Part shown: positions 57,166 to 64,000 of the stretch, in pieces
Position numbering within the stretch: position 1 is the first letter of the stretch
How the letters are laid out: every line of letters starts with the position of its first letter
Source of the DNA: Dehalococcoidia bacterium
GTDB taxonomy: Bacteria; Chloroflexota; Dehalococcoidia; GIF9; UBA5629
Assembly (NCBI GenBank): GCA_050011565.1
Contig: JBEKIW010000002.1
Coordinates: forward strand, 128,001-192,000
Direction: 5' to 3'
DNA length: 64,000 nucleotides
Position numbers and translations under genes: made by a program
Notes under the pieces: generated by a model
Told to the model about the DNA's origin: nothing
Database searches by the model: none
Seen by the model: only the letters and a program-made list of their open reading frames with translations

Positions 57166-59001
57166 ATGAAAGGCTCAAACTCGCTGACCCATCGGATTGT
57201 TCCCCTTTTTCTCATCTTGATACTGCTGGCTACAGCACTGGCTTCGGCCTGCGCACCAAAAGCCGGAGCACCTGCTACTCCCCCGGTGCAGCAATACATA
57301 CCACCGGCACCATCTACCCAACCACCTGTTGGCGCACCTTCACCAGCCGCCGAAAGTGCGCCGCCATCTACATCTGCACCATCAGGCGGCTATCCGGCCA
57401 TTTCGCCAACCCCACCATCCGCTCCCAGCACGACCGCACCATCAATCACCTTCCCCTGGTCCAAGGGCTCGGACACCATAGGCTTTGCCGTGGGCGGCTC
57501 CAAGGACATCAACAACTTCCGGGAAAACATAAAGCACGGCTATTTGCCGCTGCCCTCCGACATGACCCCTGAAGGCCTGTACTACGGCTACTACTTCGAT
57601 ACCGGCCAGACCAAATCGTGCAACAAGCTCTATTGCCCGTCTTACAGCTACGCCGTCACCAGAGACCCCTTCTCCAATAAGACGGAGTACTACCTCTCCG
57701 TAGGTCTCAACTCGGGCATGAAGCAAAGCGATTTCGAGCGAAAGAAGCTGAACCTGGTTATCGTCCTCGATATCTCCGGCTCCATGTCATCGCCGTTCAA
57801 TTTCTACTACTACGACCAGTTCGGCAATCAGACGGAACTCCCCTGGGAAGAGCAGCACATGCAGAAAATCGAGGTGGCCAAGGACGCCGTCAGGTCAATA
57901 CTCGACCAGCTAAATGACGGCGACCGCTTCGGCATCGTGCTGTATAACAGCCAGTCGTACCTGCTCCAGCCCATGACACTGGTTAGCCGTGCCGACATGG
58001 AAGAGGTATACGACAGGATTTCCGAGGTACAGGCGGAAAGCAACACCAACCTATCCGCCGGCATGCTACTGGGCACCGACCTCCTGGAAAAATACAGCGA
58101 CGACGACCCGTACGATTATGAGAACCGCATTATCTTTCTCACCGATGCCATGCCCAACACCGGCGAAACCGGCGAATACAGCCTGCTCAACATGCTCAAA
58201 AACAACGCCGCTAATCATATGTACACCACCTTCATCGGCATCGGCGTCGACTTCAACACCGAGCTCATCGAATACATCACCAAGACCCGCGGCGCCAACT
58301 ACTACTCCGTACACTCACCTCATGAATTTATGGGTCGGGTGGACGATGAGTTCGACTACATGGTGACGCCGCTCGTTTTCAACCTCCGCCTGACCTTGGA
58401 CTCCGACGACTGGCAAATCGAACAGGTCTACGGCAGCCCCGAAGCTGACAAAGCTACCGGCGAATTGATGAAAGTAAACACGCTGTTCCCGTCCAAGAAA
58501 GTCGAGGGCGAGACCAAAGGCGGCCTGATACTGCTCAAGCTAAGGAATATAGGCGATGAGGGCGGCAGCCTCAGGCTCAAGACCAGCTATGAAGACCGCG
58601 CCGGTCGCGTGGACGGCAGCGAAACCAAAATCAATCTCACTGACGAGCGGCCGGAGTACTTTGAAAACAGCGGTATACGCAAGGGCGTGCTGCTTGCCCG
58701 CTACGCCGACCTCGTCCAGAACTGGCTCATCGATGAGCGGGAACACGCCAGCTGGAGCCGACCCTGGGAGCCGCGGGTAACTACGGAAGACGGCATCTGC
58801 GTACCGCCGTCCCAGCTAGGCCAATGGGAACGCACGTCGCTGCCGCTGACAGTGTCGTCGCCGTACCGCTCCCTGTTCCGCGACTTCAGCGTCTACTTCA
58901 GTAATGAGATAAACGAAATCGGAGATAACACAATGCTGCAGGAGCTCCAAATACTCCGACAGCTTGGCGGCGTGATTAGCTACGGCGGCTACGAAGACTA
59001 G
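57166..59001 (+). CDS. VWA-domain lipoprotein
   Basis: Lipobox ASAC, Pro/Ser linker, MIDAS DISGSM, TD..PN, IGIGVDFN. Confidence 0.88.
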   Translation: MKGSNSLTHRIVPLFLILILLATALASACAPKAGAPATPPVQQYIPPAPSTQPPVGAPSPAAESAPPSTSAPSGGYPAISPTPPSAPSTTAPSITFPWSKGSDTIGFAVGGSKDINNFRENIKHGYLPLPSDMTPEGLYYGYYFDTGQTKSCNKLYCPSYSYAVTRDPFSNKTEYYLSVGLNSGMKQSDFERKKLNLVIVLDISGSMSSPFNFYYYDQFGNQTELPWEEQHMQKIEVAKDAVRSILDQLNDGDRFGIVLYNSQSYLLQPMTLVSRADMEEVYDRISEVQAESNTNLSAGMLLGTDLLEKYSDDDPYDYENRIIFLTDAMPNTGETGEYSLLNMLKNNAANHMYTTFIGIGVDFNTELIEYITKTRGANYYSVHSPHEFMGRVDDEFDYMVTPLVFNLRLTLDSDDWQIEQVYGSPEADKATGELMKVNTLFPSKKVEGETKGGLILLKLRNIGDEGGSLRLKTSYEDRAGRVDGSETKINLTDERPEYFENSGIRKGVLLARYADLVQNWLIDEREHASWSRPWEPRVTTEDGICVPPSQLGQWERTSLPLTVSSPYRSLFRDFSVYFSNEINEIGDNTMLQELQILRQLGGVISYGGYED

Positions 59002-59019
59002 CCCTCCTTTCTTAAGCTT

Positions 59020-59053
59020 CTGCCCGTCCTTTCTCAAGAGAAGGGGCGGGCAG
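59020..59053. other. GC-rich intergenic hairpin
   Basis: CTGCCCGTCCTTTCT-CAAG-AGAAGGGGCGGGCAG; no U-tract. Confidence 0.55.
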
Positions 59054-59664
59054 TGGCCGGGTTGATTGAAATATCGAACGTGCTACAATGTTACAACGGA
59101 ATACCGAATCGAGAAAAGAGCGTGGCAGACAGCAATATTGCCCGGCACAATGGTATAAGCGGCTTTACCGCGTTGTATGAGGAGCACATGGCTTACGTTT
59201 TTCGCTATATTAACTATCGACTGGGCAACCGGAACGAAGCCGAAGACCTGACGTCGGTCGTTTTCGAGAAAGCGCTGGCTGCCTTCGACAGGTACGACCG
59301 GCGGAAGGCGGCGCCGCAGACCTGGCTGCTGAGCATCGCCCGCAACACGGTCACCGACCACTTGCGGAAATCATCTAAGAGGAAAACTATGCCGCTGGAT
59401 AACGCCCTCGGTGTCGAGTCGTTAGACCCCCCACCGCCGGAGGAGGCAGAGAGGCGGGAGGAATACCAGCGGCTGCAGTTCTGCCTGGCGGCGCTGCCGC
59501 AGCGCGAGCAGGAAATCATATCGCTCAAGTTCGGCGGCGAGCTAAATAACCGTCAGATTTCCTCGGTGGTCGGGCTATCTGAAAATAACGTGGGCACCAT
59601 AATATTCCGCGCCATTTACAAGCTGAGGAATTGCTTAAAGGACTGGTCGAATGAAAAAAGGTAA
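59053..59664 (+). CDS. ECF-type RNA polymerase sigma factor
   Basis: AEDLTS.VF, TWL.SIARN...DH.RK, LP.REQEII.LKF, region-4 HTH. Confidence 0.92.
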   Translation: MAGLIEISNVLQCYNGIPNREKSVADSNIARHNGISGFTALYEEHMAYVFRYINYRLGNRNEAEDLTSVVFEKALAAFDRYDRRKAAPQTWLLSIARNTVTDHLRKSSKRKTMPLDNALGVESLDPPPPEEAERREEYQRLQFCLAALPQREQEIISLKFGGELNNRQISSVVGLSENNVGTIIFRAIYKLRNCLKDWSNEKR

Positions 59665-61015
59665 GTCCACAGAAAAACTGTTTCTGGAATATCTGGACAG
59701 GTTGCTGGCGGGCGAGCAAATAACCGTCGGCGACGAGCTCAGCGATGAGGCGCGGGCAGCTCTTGAGCTCGCCCGGAAGATGCTGGCTTTTCGCGAAGAG
59801 CCTTCAGCCGCTTTCAGAGCCGACCTCAGAGACAGATTGTTGCGGCAGGTGGCCGAGAAACAGGCCGCGACCTACCCCTTGACAGAGAGAGAAGGATTCT
59901 GGGACCGGGTGGCTAACCTGTTCCCTCAGCGGGCAGTCATGATTGCCGTAACCAGCACGGCGCTGGTGGTGCTGCTGGCCTTCATCGGCGTTGTCTGGTA
60001 TTCCAGCAGATTTGCTGGGGCGCCACAGCAAGCCCTGGCTCCATCCGTCGCTAAATACTCGGTCAGGCTGCCGGCAAATATCGTCCCGGAAGGCATAACC
60101 TTCGAAGCTACAACACCGCTGACGACCAATCCAGGCCAGGCGGCGGTCTACCGGGTAAATAGCAGCCAGGTCACGGTTGCCTCCGTAACCGAGCTCGGCA
60201 GAAGGCTCGGCTTTACCGGCCAGGCCAGTCTTAGCCACGACGGGACGAAGATTGTCATGACTCAGGGAAGCGATGAAGAGGCCAGGCAGCTTACCGTCTG
60301 GACCGCTTCAGGAGCCGTTGAGTACGGGTACGTGGAACCCGAAAAGCTGTATCCATCCCAGCCGGCTCAGCTTCCGTCGCAGTCGGAGGCAGAGCTAATC
60401 GCCTATGACTTTTTGCAACAAGCTGATTTGCTACCGTCCGGATACCGCAGCCCGGCTCAGATAAAGGATGAAACAACCGTAGTCGCCGGCGGCGGCTACT
60501 CCGTCAGCCCGAAGTATGCCGCAGAAGCACCACCAGCCGCAGCGCCGGCTGCACCGTCGGCGTCATCGGGACCGGCGGAGCCAACCACACCCGCACCAAC
60601 CACACCGACCGCGCCGCAAGCACCCACCTACTGGCTGGTCGACTTACCGTATCAGGTTGACGGCGCCTCGGCTACGGGACCCGGCTCGAAAATCGAGGTC
60701 AGCGTCGGCGATAAAGGCGAGGTAGTTAAACTTGTCTGGTCGTGGAGGCAGATGTCACCGCTGGGCACGGACAATATCATATCCCAGCAGCAAGCCTATG
60801 AGGACCTCATCCAGGGCAAAGGCAGCCTCGATGTCCCTCTCGACTGCCGGAAGGTGGTCGTTGAGCAGGTCCAACTCAAATACTGGCTGGATCCGCCTTC
60901 CGAAAAGCAGGACTACGCCCTGCCCGTCTACGAGTTCACCGGAACGTGCCTCGATAAAAACGGCAAAACCCTAGAGGACTTCACCGGCTGGACACCGGCC
61001 CTGTCCAGCAACTGA
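59651..61015 (+). CDS. Probable membrane anti-sigma factor with large extracytoplasmic domain
   Basis: Overlaps the sigma gene; PS.AFRA.LR.RL, single TM, C-terminal PVYEF.G. Confidence 0.7.
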   Translation: MKKGKSTEKLFLEYLDRLLAGEQITVGDELSDEARAALELARKMLAFREEPSAAFRADLRDRLLRQVAEKQAATYPLTEREGFWDRVANLFPQRAVMIAVTSTALVVLLAFIGVVWYSSRFAGAPQQALAPSVAKYSVRLPANIVPEGITFEATTPLTTNPGQAAVYRVNSSQVTVASVTELGRRLGFTGQASLSHDGTKIVMTQGSDEEARQLTVWTASGAVEYGYVEPEKLYPSQPAQLPSQSEAELIAYDFLQQADLLPSGYRSPAQIKDETTVVAGGGYSVSPKYAAEAPPAAAPAAPSASSGPAEPTTPAPTTPTAPQAPTYWLVDLPYQVDGASATGPGSKIEVSVGDKGEVVKLVWSWRQMSPLGTDNIISQQQAYEDLIQGKGSLDVPLDCRKVVVEQVQLKYWLDPPSEKQDYALPVYEFTGTCLDKNGKTLEDFTGWTPALSSN

Positions 61016-61136
61016 ACTAAATTCTCGCCCCCATCCTGGCTTTGTAGCATTATCTCCACCCCTCCACGGAAGCTATACTGCTCACACGTAAGAAGTGATA
61101 CAATAGCTTGGGGCAGGTCAGTCGGCGGCTAATACA

Positions 61137-61892
61137 ATGAGTGTGCGGCATCAAAGTCAAAAGTTACTACAGAGCCGGTTTGATATTGTCTGGCAGCGCC
61201 TGGATGATGCCGGCGAACAACAGATGGTAACGCCAGACGGTCACAGGTTTATGGCACTGGCTTCCCGGCGTAAAAGGACTCCGGAAGACCAGGACCCCAG
61301 GTTCATTGCAGTCAAACAGCGCGGGCAGGAGTTTGCCCGTATCTACCCCTGCTGTTGGGGCCACACCACCAATTGCCATGGCACGCGAATAGGCGGCTAT
61401 AGCGATGGGCTGGATGCCTGGGCTAAAGGCATGATGATAAGCAAGGAGAGTCTGACTTTAAAACCTAATGATGAGGTCATTTACCTGCTCAGTAAGTTGC
61501 TCAACTCAGAGGAGTTAGACTATGACCAGGCTTGCCTGCATCTTCCCCCAAAACCGGGAGTCTATCTAGTCTATGATAGAAAGCAAAAGAAATACATCTA
61601 TGCCGGTAAAGCTCTGGATATACAGAAAAGAATTCAGCAGCATGCCCAACATCAAAATAGGTTGTTTGGATTTAGTAATCAACCGGTTCAGAAAGGGCTA
61701 ATCGATAAAAAACTTTGTGCCGACTCAAGTGGAGCCCAAGAATACTTAGCCACAAACTGCACTGTAAGGTACCTGGTTGTATCCGATGAAAAACAAAGAA
61801 AGCAGCCCTGGAAGAAGCGCTCGCTTTTAGAACATTACGCTATTTGCGTTATTGAACCTGAATACAATATTTCTGGCGAATTCGAGCATTAG
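61137..61892 (+). CDS. GIY-YIG nuclease-domain protein with an uncharacterised N-terminal domain
   Basis: GVYLVY...YIYAGKA..IQKRI.QH, LE...I....P.YN. Confidence 0.78.
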   Translation: MSVRHQSQKLLQSRFDIVWQRLDDAGEQQMVTPDGHRFMALASRRKRTPEDQDPRFIAVKQRGQEFARIYPCCWGHTTNCHGTRIGGYSDGLDAWAKGMMISKESLTLKPNDEVIYLLSKLLNSEELDYDQACLHLPPKPGVYLVYDRKQKKYIYAGKALDIQKRIQQHAQHQNRLFGFSNQPVQKGLIDKKLCADSSGAQEYLATNCTVRYLVVSDEKQRKQPWKKRSLLEHYAICVIEPEYNISGEFEH

Positions 61893-61906
61893 CCACGCCA
61901 ATATCG

Positions 61907-62719
61907 CTATCGTACATTATCAAGGAGCCTAAATAATTCAATAACCTTATCTTTGGATAATCTTGTTGATATTACTTTACCAACTACTTCCTTACTTTCT
62001 GATTCCACCCGCCCCTTAAAATAATTCACTTGTATATCGTATTCCCCCTTCAGTGAATCTGTATCCATTAAAAGTTTGTTAGTGAACTCAGGTTCATTTT
62101 TGTACCAATTCGTCATCCTTTTTAAGAATTCAATACATAAGAGCAATTGAAGCCTGAAAAGAAATTCCACAGATTCTGGATAATAAAAACCACCTAAAAA
62201 TAAATTATGTCCGTAATATGGTTTATCCGCCCCATAAACAGGAGTAGCCTTGCTATTCGTATGTATATATAAGGACAGCCAGTCCCATATATCTTTCCAT
62301 TCCTGACCGTCTTCAATCTTGTCTTTAATATTATTTATACTAAACCGAAGTCTTTCTTTTTTAGTCTCTGCTTTCCACCAAGCTAAAGCATCATTTGGGA
62401 AAGAATGTAAGTATTCCGTTAGAGCCATTGCCTCTATTGCATCCCTTACTACCATCATGGCCTGGAGATAAAAACCATTCTTTGTCAATTCACTAGTTAC
62501 CTTCAAATCATTCCATATACGAACCCCAAGATCGACAGTATGCCTATCTACTCTATTAGCCCTATCCTTTTTAGTTAATAGCCGGATATATTGCGCTAAA
62601 TATTCATATGCCTTATCCGATACGTTTTGAAGTTCCCCGATTAAATTAGCTATCTTCTCGCGAGTTACCGTGGAGTCTTCTTCCATTACATTTTTCAAAA
62701 TATATAATGGTCTAGGCAT
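61907..62719 (-). CDS. AT-rich hypothetical protein (DUF5677/HEPN-like)
   Basis: G.Y..A....R..IE, W..LS.YIH; GGAGG RBS. Confidence 0.6.
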   Translation of the reverse strand: MPRPLYILKNVMEEDSTVTREKIANLIGELQNVSDKAYEYLAQYIRLLTKKDRANRVDRHTVDLGVRIWNDLKVTSELTKNGFYLQAMMVVRDAIEAMALTEYLHSFPNDALAWWKAETKKERLRFSINNIKDKIEDGQEWKDIWDWLSLYIHTNSKATPVYGADKPYYGHNLFLGGFYYPESVEFLFRLQLLLCIEFLKRMTNWYKNEPEFTNKLLMDTDSLKGEYDIQVNYFKGRVESESKEVVGKVISTRLSKDKVIELFRLLDNVR

Positions 62720-62915
62720 GTGAGCCTCCGTCCATAATAATTATTGATAGTATATGTCTACAAAATCTTCTTTACAATATTTTTACTCAATTTTTACCCA
62801 TTCGAATGATTTCTTATAAGGCCGATAGCTAGTATAAAGTTGATAAATAACGCTAGTTACCATTGATTTTATGATATCGGCGGCTCTAATTCAGTAAGTG
62901 ATATAATCCCTAATC

Positions 62916-63047
62916 GTGCTTCTATTCAACTATTCCACCATTATCGACCCGATACTGAAAGACGTCAGGACTTGTGTCGCTGAGCTTTATGGCATCAAGG
63001 CGGGCGACAGGGTACTGGATGTCGGCTGCGGTACGGGCGGCCTTTAA
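62916..63047 (+). pseudogene. Truncated class I SAM methyltransferase (43 codons)
   Basis: Reads ...GIKAGDRVLDVGCGTGGL* and then turns abruptly into A-rich sequence. Confidence 0.72.
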
Positions 63048-63191
63048 TTAAATCAAAAGTTAAAAGCCAAAATTCAAAAATACAAGTAAAATGTAATAAA
63101 TAGTCTCTAGACTGCGGAGATTTTTTCAGATTATGAAGGACGTGATACAATAATCCGGCGCATCATATATTAACTTGAGGAGACGACCGCT

Positions 63192-64000
63192 ATGACTACC
63201 GTTTATGAGAAGCTTCGCGAGAGATTGGATATGTTCCCACAGGGGTTCGCCAAGACGGAGAGCGGGGTGGAGCTGGAAATACTGAAACGCCTGTTTACTC
63301 CGGAAGAAGCGGAAATTATGCTGGGGCTCAAACCCATGCCGGAAAAGCTGGCGGATATTGCCCGGAGGATGGGCAGGGACGAAACCGAACTGGGAGAGAA
63401 ACTGTACGATATGTCCAAGCGGGGACTGCTCATGCGCTGGCAGGCACCCGATAAGGAAATGTACTATTTCCTGATTCCGTGGGCAATCGGTATTTTCGAG
63501 TTCCAGTTGAATAACCTCAACAAGAAAAACGTCGAGCTGTTCGAGAAATTCTACGAAGAAGGCATGGTGCCTTCCTGGAAAAACAGAAAAACGGGCATGG
63601 TCCGGGTTATTCCCGTTCAAAAAGAAATAGAAGGGAAAACCGAGATTCAGCCCTACGAAAGGGTGTCGCAGATTATCGAATCGCATACCAGGTTTGCTGT
63701 GGCTGACTGCATCTGCCGGAAAATAGGCAAAATGCAGGGACACGGCTGCGACAAGCTGATGGAAGCCTGCATGAGCTTCGGGCCGGCGGCGGATTTCTAC
63801 ATCGAGAACGGTATCGGACGGGAGATTACCAAAGAGGAGGCAAAGCAGATACTCGAAAAATCCGAGGAAGCCGGACTGATTCACTGCTCGACAAACAAGG
63901 TGGGCACCAAGACATTTATATGAAATTGCTGCGGCGACTGCTGCGGGGTCCTGCGGCTCATCACCAAATACGATAATCCTGGAATGGTAACCACATCTAA
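63192..64000 (+). CDS. Fe-S protein of the same family as 26338-27390, putative selenocysteine at TGA 63921-63923; runs off the window
   Basis: Read-through gives FI-U-NCCGDCCGVLRLITKYDNPGMVTTS, aligning with LL-C-NCCGCHCLILR of the paralog. Confidence 0.78.
63940..63957 (+). promoter_or_regulatory. Candidate SECIS element
   Basis: GCTGCGG-[GGTC]-CTGCGGC, loop begins 24 nt after TGA. Confidence 0.6.

Noticed and set aside
63126-63884. Long antisense ORFs (also 12530-13297, 35975-36787, 31633-32211)
   Set aside because: They lie opposite well-supported genes and have no motifs

Overview
A gene-dense 64 kb chromosomal window from an anaerobic bacterium; the gene families suggest Dehalococcoidia/Chloroflexota (inference). 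It carries a LarA plus LUD lactate/2-hydroxyacid cluster, a tilS housekeeping operon, two 2-oxoacid:ferredoxin oxidoreductase operons (one co-oriented with an HdrA/MvhD/HdrD-type cluster), five tRNAs, a block of secreted lipoproteins and a VWA-ECF sigma-anti-sigma module. Signals the ORF track misses: (1) two in-frame TGA codons, each followed by a GGTC-loop SECIS-like hairpin, namely a 110-aa U-G-C lipoprotein of unrecognised family (48649-48981) and an Fe-S protein with U replacing a motif Cys (63921); (2) two genes that appear to start at ATT; (3) two integrase-less AT-rich islets at tRNA-Ala and tRNA-Val, bounded by degenerate att copies, one carrying a HEPN-like plus NDT/TIR-like pair; (4) a diverged ~180-bp duplication that fused a DedA gene to a zinc-ribbon gene; (5) an in-frame TAG in an otherwise intact acyl-CoA dehydrogenase; (6) a tRNA-Arg(GCG). 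All calls are from reading motifs by eye; no database search or folding program was run.
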